A model generated the notes under the pieces. The model saw only the letters and a list, made by a program, of their open reading frames with translations, was not told the origin of the DNA and searched no databases. This document shows positions 1-13,300 of a stretch of 64,000 bases of DNA, piece by piece. The first letter of the stretch is position 1; the number at the start of each line of letters is the position of its first letter. Source of the stretch: Raillietiella orientalis (lineage: Eukaryota); NCBI GenBank assembly GCA_036172245.1, contig JAYWIR010000003.1:7316001-7380000 (forward strand), written 5' to 3'. Both the position numbers and the translations under genes were made by a program.

Positions 1-1816
1 CAGCGTTCAGAGTATCCGTACTTGGAGCAGAACTGCGGAAAGAGACTCAGGCTTCACAAATTAGGAGTTTTTAGAGCACTCCGCCGCAGCTTGACGGCGG
101 AAATAACAACTCACTAAACGACGGCATTTCAGCTGCTAGTGGAGGTTCGCGCCTGTTCCGCGTATACACCACGCTTATTAAAGGCGCTTCCCTAATTACA
201 GCCCCTCTGCACACTGACGGAGATTTGGTTAGCGATCGTTCTTACGACTATCAGTTTGCTTAATGCGGACAGCATCCGCCCAGAGGCTCTTTGCAAACCA
301 CGTCGGCAACGCCGTAAAGCCGGGCACTTCCGAACCGCCATCGAAATACCGAATCGGCATCCGTAAATGAGCGCGAACTTAATTTTCTTTCGAGTTTTCC
401 TGGATTGTTCAAGGACCCGCTTCCAGGCAATCGAAGGACACTGTTTTCGGCGGCGAAGGAGATGCTGCAAGATGCAGGATATGCACGCGTTCCGCAGGAG
501 CCGCGCCATGTTGAGGCGGAAATGCGTCTTCCGCGTAGCAATCGCGGTTGGCGGACGCGCCGCTGGAGGGCGAAGCTCGCCCCTTCTGGCGCCGTTCCCG
601 TGGCACGGATCCCTGCGTTCTGCCGTCCCCCTCTGCCTGGCCACCTATCTCATTTCGGATGTGGTTCGACCACATCGTTCCTGCAAACAGCCGCTCTCAC
701 TCACACGCCCCGGTATTCTCATTCCCGGGTCCCGATGGGTTGGCTGAAGAGCTTCACGGTGGGCCGCCGACTCCGCTCGCGCTCCTGCGATCGGGGAAAC
801 GGCATTGGATGAGAAGGGTGCAAGGTGACGATGCGGGAGGAAGCGGAGGATGAAGGGGAGGAGAGGGGGGGGGGGAAGGCAAACCGGCCAGCCTGCGAGG
901 GAGGTGCAGCGGAAGTAGTCATCGAGGAATTGCGGGAAGCAGCACAGGCGGCGGCGAGCTCCTCGGCGTGTCGGCAGCCGCGCGGGAAGGCGAGACTGCT
1001 CGGCGGCGAAAGAGCTGCGCGCGAATGCGTGTGAGGAAGAAGAAAAAGAGGAGGGAAGGGAGGAAGGCGGGTGGACGTCCAAGGCCAAGGCACCAAGCAT
1101 CTGCACCAGCTCCCCGCCCGGCGGCGGACTGCCTGCCGAGCGGGAAGGACGCTGCTGGGACCGCAGACCCCTCTCTCCGGGTGATGGCAGCTCCATGGGA
1201 ACGGCTAAGGGACGCAGCACCCTGAGGTCAAACACAGCATCCCGTTTGCCTCTCCTATTGTGGCCCGCGCGCCCTACGCTCCGTTGAGCACGGAAGGAGG
1301 GATCGCGTAAACCGGAAGCGCCCCCTTTGCTGGTTACCTGCGCTCCACGGACGGACCGGGGTTACGAGGAGGGCCACATCCACGCCGATGCTGGAAGGAG
1401 GGGGGGACAGAGGCCTGTCAGGATGGCAGCGGAGTTTCCGGGTCGATGAGGCGCAGCCCGGAAGCAGGCCGAGATCTTCTGCGTCATTTCCGGCGCTCCT
1501 CCCTTTGTTCCCTTCTGGAGGAGCGGGTGCTCCCGCCACAGTTTCCCGTTCCGACCTTCCCTTGTCACCTCCTCCCCAAACGGGCCGCCGAGGGTGCCTC
1601 CGGCCTCCTCTTCCTCTCACGTGCCGGGAGCTCCCCGCCATGGCAACCGCTGGGGATCCCGGGAACTCCCTCGCTGCCTCCGCGCGCCTACGCGAGTCTC
1701 CGGTCGCGAGCGTGGGCGAAGCGGGTGCGGGCGGCGCTCTCTCTCTTTCCTCCTCGCTTCCACCCCACTCCTCCTTTTCGCTCCCAGATTCCTGCCTCCA
1801 TTTCCTCGTCTTTCAG

Positions 1817-4800
1817 GTGTCGGGTACAGCATCTGCATCATGAATTTCCACACGGCCCTCTACTATAACACCATCATCTCTTGGGCGCTCTACTACTTCC
1901 TGTCTTCCTTCCGCCGGGAGCTTCCGTGGACTACCTGCGGGAACGCCTGGAACACGCCCAACTGCACGATGATCGAGGACGTGGTTAACGTCTCCGACTA
2001 TATCAGCATGACTACCCCCGCCCAGGAGTTCTTCGAGTGAGTCGGCGGTGGCGGCAGTGCATGCCCTGCGCGACGACCCCTCCCGGGCACGACGATGTTC
2101 CCTCCGGAAAGGGTCTGCGTGCCACCGGAGGGGCCGCCGCCTGCCCTGTGCGGCGGCAACCGCGGGCCCCCCTCTCTCCGAGGCCCGTACTGGCGAGGGA
2201 GGGTCCGTGCCTCTGCAGTGTAGGAGAGGGCGCCGGGTCGCGTGCCTGCTCGCGGCGCCCTTCCTCCTTCCTCCCCGAGGGTGGGTTTTTTGGGCGCGCC
2301 TGCGGCGTTTCCCCCTCAAGGACCGCTCGCCCGCAGGCGCAGCGTGCTGGAGATGCACCGATCGAACGGAATGGAAGACGTGGGCCCGGTCAAGTGGTCT
2401 CTGGCCCTCTGCCTGCTAACCATCTTCCTCATCGTCTACTTCTCCATCTGGAAAGGGGTGAAGAGCACAGGAAAGGTAGGCAAGAGGGTACCTCACTCCC
2501 ACCTTTCGCCCTCACCTCATCCGCCGCTCCTTCCCCTCTCTCCCTCGGGCTGCGCGGAGGAAGGGCGGCAGCTGCCCATGCTCCTATTGTAGGCCGTCTG
2601 GATCACGGCCCTCGCCCCCTACGTTGTGCTGAGCATCCTGCTGGTCCGCGGCGTGACCCTTCCCGGGTCGGGCATCGGGATACGTTTCTACCTGGAGCCG
2701 AAGTGGGAGAAGCTGGCCACGCTCGAAGTCCGTGCTCGCTGGCAGGCGGGGGGAAGGGCGGGGAGGGGGGGACAGGGGGCCTCCGAGGACATCGCTCCCC
2801 GCCGCTCTCCCCCTCCCGCAGGTGTGGACAGACGCCGCGGCGCAGATCTTCTTCTCCCTGGGGCCGGGATTCGGAACCCTGCTGACCCTATCCAGCTACA
2901 ATAAGTTCCACAACAACTGCTACAGGTAAGCCCACGGGGGGAGGGAGCCCGCCTTACCACTCCCTTCCCTCCCCAGGGACGCGATCCTCACCAGCAGCAT
3001 CAATTGCCTGACCAGCTTCCTGTCAGGGTTCGTCATCTTCTCCGTGCTGGGGTACATGGCCCACATGCAGCACAGGAGCATCGAGGAGGTCGCCGAGGAA
3101 GGTGGGTAGCCACCGTGCGCGCCCTTCCCGGAGGGCCTCGGAAACTAGCCAGCTGTCTCCCCTTTCTCCCCTTTTTCCGCGAGGTGGCGGAGGGGCAAGG
3201 ATGGGCGCGCGACGAGCCGGCGCCGCCGCGCCGGGGAGCGTTGATTCCTGTCCCCCTCCCCTTCCCACCTGCGGTAACTGTGGGGGAGGGAGCAGCCATC
3301 GCAGCCTACTGCACCCCCAAGACTTGCTTGCGGGGGGAGGGAGGCCCCACGACGGAAAAGCGCCTGAGGAAGGAGGGAGCTCTTTCCTCCAGTACCCGTG
3401 GCGTCAGGTCAGGTGGGCGTGGACGGTGAGAAGGAAGAAGGGCGGGGTCCACGCGCGCTTCTTCAGCGTGGCGGCTTGCGGGCCCGTAGGGGAGGGAGCG
3501 CGGGCCACAGAGCGGCTCAACCGGCGACCGGGCCGCCTCACCCATAGTTCTGCTTGAGAAGGAAACAGCCCAAGGAGAGACTTGAGGATCCTCGACCTCG
3601 GCTGCTCCGGCTGGCTGCCATCCAGGGGCAGAAGACAGAGAGACAGATCCGGGGGGTCTCTTTCATCACTCTCCCCTGGCTTGGGAGACATCCAGGGATC
3701 CCTGTGGGAAGGAGGAGAGGCTGCGAAAAGGAGGACGGCGGGAGATGCCGAATTCCTCCCGGCGGTCTGGCGGAACTGCCTGGGGCCCATGTTACGGGGC
3801 AGCGTCATCCTCCGGGACTTCCTGGACGACGACAGGCTGGCAGCTGATGGGCGTCCCTCTGCCACCAGCTGCCTGCCTGCCCCATGCCGAGCGCTGTCGC
3901 GAAGGTGAATGGCCCCTGCGTGCGTGAAGGGGAGGAGGAGGTGCTGCCCCCTCCGCTCCTCCCAGGGAGCACCGCCGCCTCCTCGGCTGCTGGGGTCGAT
4001 GTTCACGTGTCCCTCATGCGGGACGCCCCCCAAGTCCGCCAGAGTGCGCTCTCTGACCCGGTCGGGATGATCGTTCCAAGGCAGCGGCCTCCGCCGGCGA
4101 TCCGACCCGTGTAGTACGAGCTCCCTTCCTCCGTCCGAAGCATCCCCTGGCGGCAGGTGTCTTTCTGGGTGCGACATCCCGTGTTCTCCCCGGGAAGAGG
4201 GAAAGACCACCCCCTCTAGGGTGAACTTTTTCCCGGGAAAGGAGGAGTGGCGGCGGTGACGCGCGTGTCTTCCTTTCAGGACCGGGACTGGTGTTCGTCG
4301 TGTACCCTGAGGCCATCGCTACGATGAAGGGGTCCGTCTTCTGGTCAGCAGTCTTCTTCTTCATGCTCATCACCCTCGGTAAGCGGGCTGTAGGGCAGGG
4401 AGGGGATGCCTCCTCTTCCCCCCCACTGACCTTTTCCCTCGACGCTGCCCCATTGGGCACTCCGGTGCTCCGGGATGCCCAGTGGGGGAGGAGACCCAGT
4501 CTGGCCAGCCAATACCACCCCAAGCCCTGAGTGTCCAGCCCGAGGGTATCCATCCGTCCGACCCTTTAAATAGAGGCAGCAGAAGGGACTGCGAGGTGGG
4601 AGGGTCGTCCCTCCCTCTCCTCCCGTCTCCCGACGTCCTTTCCACCGTTATGCTCGGCCCTTGCTGTTCCACTCTCTCCTTCCCTTCTCTCTCTCCCTGC
4701 AGGGCTCGACAGCACCTTCGGGGGCCTGGAGGCCGTCATCACTGGGATGTGCGACGAGTACCCAAAACTCCTGGGGAGACGCCGGGAGGCCTTCGTTGGG

Positions 4801-5800
4801 GCGTTCATAATCCTCATCTACGTCTGCGCCCTGCCCACCACCACCTACGTGAGTTCCCCTGAGCGGGGCACGGGGGTGGCCGGGGCGGGTTGCGGAGACG
4901 CGCTGACATTTGACCCGTGTCCTTCCAGGGAGGCCTCTACCTGGTTACTCTGCTCAACGAGTACGGCCCCAGCATCTCCATCCTGTTCGTGGTCTTCATC
5001 GAGGCCATCGGCGTGTCCTGGTTCTATGGTGTTTTCCGCTTCGCTGAAGACATCCGCAAGATGCACGGATGCAGGCCGGGGTGGTTCTGGATAATCTGCT
5101 GGTCCTTCGTCTCTCCCATGTTCATCTTCGTAAGCTCCTTCTCCTCTCCTCCCTCCCCGATCCCTGCCGCCGGCGCGCCACAGTCATCCACCTCCCCTTT
5201 GTCTTGCAGTTCATCTTCGTGTGCACCCTCCTCTTCAAACCCGTCTTGACCCAGGGCAGCTACACCTTCCCCGACTGGGCCAACAACGTTGGCTGGGCCC
5301 TGACCGCGTCGTCTCTGATCTTCATCCCCACCTACATGCTCTACTCTCTGGCAGCAGCTCCTGGGAGGAGCTTCCTGGAAGTGAGTGCTCCCGCCGCTGG
5401 CGCTGATCCTTCGGCCCCCAGGGCAACCCCGCCCCCTTCGTGAGCCCCGCCTGCTCCCCGACTTCCTCGGCTCCGGGACCGCCACCGTCGATGCGGCAGG
5501 AGGAGGAGGACGGGAGACGCAGCAAGAGGCAAGGCGAAGGGAAGGGAGCAGGAAAAGCACATCCCCGGCCGCACCTCTATGCACCCAGCTGGGTTCGGGG
5601 AGCGTCCGGGGGGTGCCCCCCGTGCTCCCGACGTCAGAACCCCGCTCTCTTCTTTCCACTGCTGCCACTTCTTGCCTGCTACCTCCTTCCAGAAGCTGAA
5701 AGTATCCACGAAGCCCCGCCGCTCCTTCCGCCCTGCGCCCGCGGAGGAGGTCGTCGCCCTCAACTCGGTCGCCGACCCTACCCTCTCGACCGCCGTATGA
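1817..5800 (+). CDS. SerT: SLC6 sodium:neurotransmitter symporter, serotonin-transporter-like (5'-partial; TM1-TM2 exons not found in window)
   Basis: Ten phase-consistent GT-AG exons: 1817-2036, 2337-2475, 2593-2727, 2822-2925, 2977-3101, 4280-4378, 4703-4848, 4929-5129, 5210-5380, 5693-5800 (stop). Motifs: [101 protein letters not shown] (typical of invertebrate SERT). Exact orthology within the monoamine transporters is inferred. Confidence 0.92.
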
Positions 5801-6557
5801 CGTTCCCTGCCCGCTGGCGACTCGCAGCCGGCCGACCCCTCCCAGCAGGGACCGACCCAGAGGAGCTTGCAGTACCGCTTCTCCGTGGAGTGGCTCGTCT
5901 AGGGTCGGCCTGGAACGCGAGGGCGGCCAGCGGTCTCCCCTCAGCCTCACCAGGAGGGGCGGGGGAGGGAGGAGCGGGAAGGGGGTCTCGGAGGGGTAAC
6001 GTGGGACGAGCCGACCTCTGGAGGTGCCCGGGAACCCGGGCGAGGATCCGCGTGCCCGCTACTCCCTTCCCTGGTTGCCTGGAGACGGCGAGGGACTTCC
6101 TGGACCTCTGATCGCTGCCGCCGGCGGGCCCTCCCGCCTCGCCGCCGGGAGAGGAGGACAAGTGAGGGGGTGGGGTGGGGAGCGCAAGAGGGAAAAAGCC
6201 AAAGGAAAACGGAAGGTGAAGAGGGGGGAGCCGGAGAGAAGCGGCAGCAGCGGCGGAAGGGGGAAGATGGACGGCAGAGTGCTGGTGATGCTGCGTTCGT
6301 GCCGGGACGCCCTCCGCGCTCTTGGACAGACCCGCCTCCCCCTCCCGCTCCCCACGGTGCTTTCCTGAGAAGGCAGGGAAGGAGAGTGAAGGGCTCTTCC
6401 TCCGCCCCCCACCCCCCACCCTTTTCTCCGCACCGGCAAGGCAAGGAGGAGACAACAACTCATCACCGCAGAGGCGTGGGGCGCCCGGGAAGTTCCGGCC
6501 GCTGCAGCTGCTGTCGCTGCTGCTGCTGCTGCTTGTTGCGTGTTTGCCGCTTGCGAA

Positions 6558-6563
6558 AATAAA
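6558..6563 (+). terminator. Candidate polyadenylation signal (AATAAA) for the SLC6 gene
   Basis: AATAAA about 760 nt downstream of the stop codon at 5800, in otherwise GC-rich sequence. Confidence 0.45.
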
Positions 6564-7338
6564 CAACCGCTTCTTTGTCGAAGAAGAGGAAGAAGAGTTC
6601 TTTCCTCTGGAGGATTCCTCTCGTCGCCGCCGCTGTCGCCGCGTGGGCCCCGGGCAGCTCTCTGGTGAAGGGCAGCGTCGCACTGTCGAAGGACTCAGGG
6701 CCGAACTTCGGGAGGAAATTTCTATGAGAGGTTCCCGCTCCGGACCGCGCCCCTACCACCACCGACCGCCTGCACTTCGAGCGAAGTGGTCTGTGGTTTT
6801 CTGGAGGCCATGCAGCCGAAGAGGGACGACCCTCACGAGCAGCTCCAGAGCTGCCTAGCCCTGAGGCAAGGGCGCTGGAGAGCGTGTCTTATGCGCGCGC
6901 TCCTCTGCGCACTTTCAGGAAGCTCCTGCCTCCTCACCAAAGAGCGGTGGTCGACTCCTCCTCTTCTTTCCTCCTGCTCGTGGAGGGCAAGGGGCAGGAA
7001 GCAGAACGAGTGTGGCCATGAGTCCTTCCGTCCGTCCTCGGAAGAGAACCACTCCAGGGAAGAGTTCTGGAGGAGGGGGAGACCGGTCTGTCCCTCCTTT
7101 TCTCCGGAGGGGGAAAGGGCAAGGCTTTTTTCCCCTGTACCCTCCGGAGGTGCGCACTGCCTCCCCCCTTTGCCGCGCGACTGCTCATCATCCCACCGGT
7201 TGCCTTCCCTCCCCTTCCCCTGAGAGAAAGGGCGACTGGAGGCTGGTTTCCGTGTTGCTGGCTTCTCCCTAGGTGGCGCTCCCTCCTAGTGAGGAAAGTC
7301 GGGTGGGCCACCGTCCGGCTCGACACCTCCGAGGGTGC

Positions 7339-10300
7339 TCACGCACTTTGCACGCGGGAACCGCCGACATCCTCCCCTTCCGCCGTGGGTTCCTCCGCCC
7401 GCAGCGGCGGAGGCCGGGGCGCTCGCTTCCTCTCCTTCGCTCCCAGAACCAGCAGATCGGCAAAGGTGAGCACGGGATCTTCGGCGAAGACGATGCCCGA
7501 AGCGTTGCATCCCTCCAGGCGACCGTCTTCGTCGTCGTTGCCGCCATTGCAGCGCCGCCGCTGCTGCCGAAGTCCTCCGAGGGCGGCGGCGTCCTTAGGG
7601 GGAGGAGCAGCCTCTCTGGGACCTCCAGCCCCCACATGCACCCCCGCGGCGCTTTCCTGTTCGTCCTCGCCTGCTCCGCAAGCCTCGAGGCCGGCGCCGA
7701 TTTCCTGAGTGAGGATGCTCCTGAGCTTTTTGCAGTTCCTCTTCCAGGCTTCCCCCTCCTGGCGGGAGAGCTCCAGAGACCTCTGCAGGCGGTGCTTCTG
7801 CGACAGTAGGAGAGGAGTTGGGTGAGGGCGGCGTCAGCGCCCGCGCGCGCGCCACCTGACCTCGGTGAGCGCCTCCTCCAGCAAGCCGGAGGTCTGTTCG
7901 TTCTTGCGGGACAGTTCCTGGACGCTGCTCCAGAGCTCCTGCAAGCGGACCTCGATCCCCTGCAGGTCCCGGACCTGCCTTCGCAGGGAAGCGGCCTCCT
8001 CCTCCCGTTCCTGGCACCGCACAAGCGCCTCACGGAGCTTCCGCTCGCTACCAGCGAGGCGCTCTTGCAAGGTCCGGAGGGAGTCGCCGGCCCGCCCGCA
8101 GGGTTGCGGTCCCTGGAGATGCCGCGCCTCTGCGAAGGCCTCTCGGAGACCTGCAAAGGGGCACGTCAGAGGAGGCGAAAAACGGGGATGGGAGGATCTT
8201 TCCAGAAGATTGCTCACTACTCTTATCCTCATCCTCTTCCTCCACCTTTCCCGCGGGCCGGGGACTCCTTGCTCCAGTCAGGCACCGTGATCGCCTCCTG
8301 CAACATTGGGACGCGGTAGAGGGCGCTACCCGGGAAGATGGGTGCCGCGCGCGGAGTTGAGGCGCGGCTTCCCCAAGACAGCCGCCGCCCCTCTCGGAGT
8401 TGCGGGATCCGCGACTGCTTCTTGGATCCATCCTCCTACCCTTTTCCTCTGGGATCTCCCGCCCCTCTCCCATCTCCCGTCCTCCTCCTCTTGCTTTCGC
8501 TTTGTCATCGTCCCTTTTCCGTTCCCTTCCTCTCCCTTTTGCTCTCTCCGCTTCTTTCGCGCTTTCCTGTTGAGCCCCGTGCCACCTACGAGTGCAACCT
8601 CCCGGAAGTCTTTCGCACGCTGTCGCTGCCTTCCCTTCGCCCCTGACCTTCTAGAGGAGGTGGTGAGAGGGCGCTTTCCTGGGCTGCCCGCTTCTGGCTT
8701 CATATCTTCATCCTTACCAGAAACGGCCTTGCGGAGCGCGTCCATACCTTCGGACAGCGCCGCCATCTGCAAGTGGGACCGCCCCGGTCCGCGCGCTCAT
8801 CGCGCCCATGACTACCTGAGCTCTGAGAGCTTCCATCTGCGCCAGGAGAGGGGGGACCCAATCGCGGCTCCTGGAGATCCTCTCCTCCTCCTCTTCTTCC
8901 TCTTTCTTCGCTTCTTCCCCCTCCTTCTCTGCGCTCGTCCGCGGAGGCATGGGGGAACGGAGCCGGCGACCGTCCTGTGCGGGAGCCGCCGCCACCCCCT
9001 CTGCTTTTCCCAACTGCCTGAAAGATGCGTCCGATCCTTCCGTCTCCTCCCTTTCCTCCGGTCAGAAGGAGGTGCCGCGAAACGCAGCTCGAGACGCTCT
9101 CCACTTGTGTTCCTCACCTGTCTCCCACGTCCATCTCGGGTTCCTTCGGGCGGATCGGCAGCAGTGGTACGCCTCCTCCCCGTGCTTCCTGCTTGCCCCA
9201 GCTGACGCGCGTGACCTCGACCTCGAAGAGCAGCACGTCGGAATGACTCGCCTTCGCCAGGGCTCCCTGCGGCCAGATGGAGAAGAGTGGAAAAAAGAAT
9301 CGAGGGAAGGGATCAAGGGGAGAGCGGGGAGGGCAAAGCAGTGCCTAGGTCCCTCCGAAGAGGACAAGGGACTGACACTTTCCGGGGGAAGCGATGGGGT
9401 AGGACGAGTAAAGGGAGGGATGTCTTTTTTCCACAGCCGGAGGGTGCCCCAGGCTGACCTCGCCAATCTCCTGGCAGACGGCAAAGGGAGCGGCAAGGAT
9501 CCTCTTGCCTCCCTTCCTCATTCCTAGGAGACCGGTGTGCCAGCTTCCAGCGGATCGCCTCTTCCCGTCCACGCGGACCTTCAGGATGACGGGGTTTCTG
9601 TCGACCATCTGGGACGACGACGACGGAGGCCTCCCTGGTCAGCAGGAAGCGCGCGCGCACATCCCCTCCTCCCTCCCTCTGACCTCCCCCAGTTTCGTGG
9701 ACAGCAGTTTCCAGCTGGTGTATCGGATCTCCACCGCATCTTCCTCCGAAATCTCGGGTCCCTCCCCCAGGTGTAGATCCTGCCATGCGACGCCTCCAGG
9801 TGCCGCCGTCGGTCCCCACGCACTCCAAACCTTCATCATCAAGACCTGGACGGTCCGTGACCTCCCTCAACAATACCCCATCCTCAGCCACCTGGCGAAT
9901 GAGCTGGTCCTTGTCTTTCTCCGTGCGCGACTTCAGGCGCCACCACATCGACGTCTTCTGATCCTGGAAGCGGATGTAGCCGTCCGGGAGTAGCTGGAAG
10001 GACAAACCAAGCAAGGCTCATCAGGCGTCAGCACTGGAGGGGGCAGCCAGGAGAAGAGGAGGAGAGGAGAGGAGAGGAAGGAAAGGGGAGGAAGGAGAGG
10101 AATTCGACCGACAACAGTATCAGACGCCTCTTTTCCTGCCCTGTGTGCTCACCACCGCAAAGGGTGGGGGAGTGAGGAGGTGCAGTTCCTGAGCAGGCAG
10201 GGAGCGCTGTTCGTCTTCGCGCTGCTCCCACGGAAACTCAGAGAACGATGTCTCTTTGGGAAGAGACGTCCATTCGAAAGGTCAGACCAAGAGTGAACAC

Positions 10301-13300
10301 TCTTCGCGAAGTGACCGAGGGTTGCGACAGCGCCCCGAAAATGAGAAAAAAGATGATCGCCAGGGCAAGGTGATCAAGACGTGAAAGCGTCTCTCGCCTT
10401 GCCAGGGAAGACCGCAGTCCTCAGACGGGGACGGCGGCGGCAGTCGAAAGGGTGGAGTGACCTCCGGTAGGGACGCAAGGAAACTTCTGCGGGTGGCCGT
10501 TGCTAAGAAGCGTGGAATAAACCACCGACACCCATTCCCAACCGTATAGTCCAGGCACGCTTTGAGCTCGTGAAAAGCAGGTGGGCGTCGTCCTTAGGAT
10601 GCGCGATGCACGCTCGGCCGATTGGATCCAGGGTCTGCTTCCCCCTCGTTCCGGAGATCGCACTGGCTAGAAACGGCTCCCAACAGCGTGCCAGCGCAAG
10701 GACAGGAGCAGTGGGTCCAAAGATTCCCCGCTCTGACTATCGAGCTTTTTCTTTTCGGAGCGGGATGACCCGCTTGTCGACGAAGACTCGTGGAGGGAGA
10801 TCGCAAGAAGAATCGTAGGGCGGGCAGCGAGCTTCCACGGCACGCTCTACGAAGAACAAAAGGAAGTGAAGACCGCGGTCTCCTTTTCTCTCTGAAGGAA
10901 GACCTCTCCTACTGAGGCACTTAAAAGAGGTCCCATATGGAGCTGGCATGGAGTCCGACTGTTCTTCTCGAGCGAATTAGAACCCGTCGGATGTGGAAGA
11001 TATTCATCTCTTCGAGCATGAATCCCAGAGGAGGAAACGTACTTCATCGTAGCGGGATCAGGACTTGGATTTCACGCACAAGAACGAAGGAGCGCGAGTT
11101 GCGAGCGAACCATGCAGGATGCGTGATGGAGCACGCAAGGAAATCGCCCTTGAAAGTGCCACTCAGCCGGTAAGTTTCCCATGGTGCTCCAGCAACTACC
11201 TGGCATGTGCTGCGAACAAGGTGGTCGATCGCAACCAGCAGTGCAAGACGAGAAGCGAGGCTGCAGGGTCTCTTTTCATCGAGGGGAACGGTCCAAAGGC
11301 TGCAGTTGGGTAGCACCGGGTTCTCCGTGCAAATCTCTCTGCAGCTTGCAACGCAGCCCCACGCAGAGGGGCAAACACACGCACTCACAGACTGTCAGAG
11401 CACTTGTCGGCCAAATAAATTTGGTTTCCTTCCAACCCGCGGGATGACAGTGCAAAAGAGTAATAAAGAATATTTCCGGGATTTGCCATTTCCCATCTGG
11501 AAACGTGGGGACTGCCGCATGCTAATTTTCCAGTCAGAATTACACGCAGAAAACAAGGAAGAAGTGCAGGTCACCCACCGCGGGCTAAAAGCAGCAGAGG
11601 ACTATGGCAAAAAACAAGGGGACGGAAGGCTAGCGCCTTAGGCATCGCCAAACTCCTTGTGCGATTCTCGTTCGGATGCGACTGTTAGGCAGAGGTCAAG
11701 AAACTTGACTTTGTAAATTTTATGCCACCGACACGACTCCAACCAATGGACATTTATTCTGCCGCTGGATTTAACAGAAGGGTTACCTATGCCAACTGCT
11801 CTCAACCAGTTTCTATTCGAATCAACCCTCTCTTAGCACTCTTCTGTTTATCATTAAAGAATAGTTTCAGAACTCTCTAGTGGAAAGTCACTTTTAGGAC
11901 CTGGTGCAGCCACTGACTGGCAGCCTGAAAGGAGGCTTCTTGATGATCGCAACGAGGGTCTACAAGTCCCATCAACTCGCTGTGCTTGCTTCGTGACTGA
12001 TTACAAACGTCCAGGGTCTTCGAGAATAATTAAAAAGTCAAGATTGACCTGACGAGTAGAGAGAGTGTGTTTGAGTAGTGCCGAGGTTCTGGCCAAGATT
12101 CGCAGAACTTACTGCTATCTCGCTGCCTCAGCACAAGACAGAAGAAGCACTTTAGTTCCCTCTAGCAAGTGCTCGGCGTTATGGAAGCAGCTGTATCTTC
12201 CTCAGCAAGAGTCCTGTGGACATTCCTGGACTGATTTTTAGTGCTATTCTTTCTTCCCAGGTCGTCACAGGAAGATGGCGGAAGCCTCAACGTTTATCCG
12301 GGCACAGCCCACCTATGCTGTGACGGAGCAAAGATCGTCTTTGGCACTCCTTGCAACGATGTCCCCCGAAGCGCACTTCTTGACTTCTTACTTGGATGGC
12401 CATTTACCACTCAACCTGAATACGTTGCGTACTGCCCCCGATTTGCCTGCTGCTGTTGAAGCGAAGCAGGTCAAGACCTGGTTCCATCGGACCAGAATTT
12501 CGCATGCTGCTCTTCTTTTTCCCTTCAGCCACACAGGAAATTTCTTTCTCACGAGGATCGTGTGTTTACAAAATACATTTTTGGTTTCGAAATCATGAAA
12601 ATGTCGCAGAGATTGGTATCTGCGACGTGCAGACAGTTCCCAGGAGTGTCTGACCAAGCCAAAACCTTCACTCAGAGTTGCAACGAGAGTGTTCGATCTG
12701 CATCCCGAAACTGATACGGCAACAGCTGGAACGACTTCTAATTTGCCAGTCCTGTGGCACCTTGTTTCCCTGGAAGGCGCAACCATGGAGACCCCGATTT
12801 TCGCGAACGTTGTCAAGGAAGGCCGTTGGGTCTGGGAAGGAACCTGGGCGTCCGAACGAGCGGAAACGCAGAGAGATAAAATGCTGGCAACAGAGAGTGG
12901 ACCATGCTTTCGCGGCGCGTCTCTTGAAGAGGGAGTGCCTCGGTTAGCCTACCACAGAGCCGATGCATTCCACCTCCGGCAACCATGGACGAATGCCCCC
13001 CCCTGGCCTTTAAGCGCTTCTGAGCACTTTCCGAAACTAAAAACTTGGAAAGTTCACTTGCAGCGCTTTTATGAAGAATTCCTTTGTCGACTTAATGGCG
13101 GATGTGTTTTTTTTTTGGGGGGGGGGGCAATGTCCACTTTCTTTCACTCGTGTTTCCCGCTGCTTCCAGTCCTTGGCCAGATGCAGTGAAGGACAGTAAA
13201 ACTCATTCCGTGCTCCCTAGAAGATGGAAATTCCCTAACTGTGAGATTGTTGCTTCCCACTGTCCTTCCTGATTGCTGTACAACGATGCAGCATGCGATA

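Noticed and set aside
1..1816. N-terminal SLC6 exons (TM1-TM2, WRFPY motif)
   Set aside because: Not found in any frame; probably upstream of the window, so this stretch is treated as intron.
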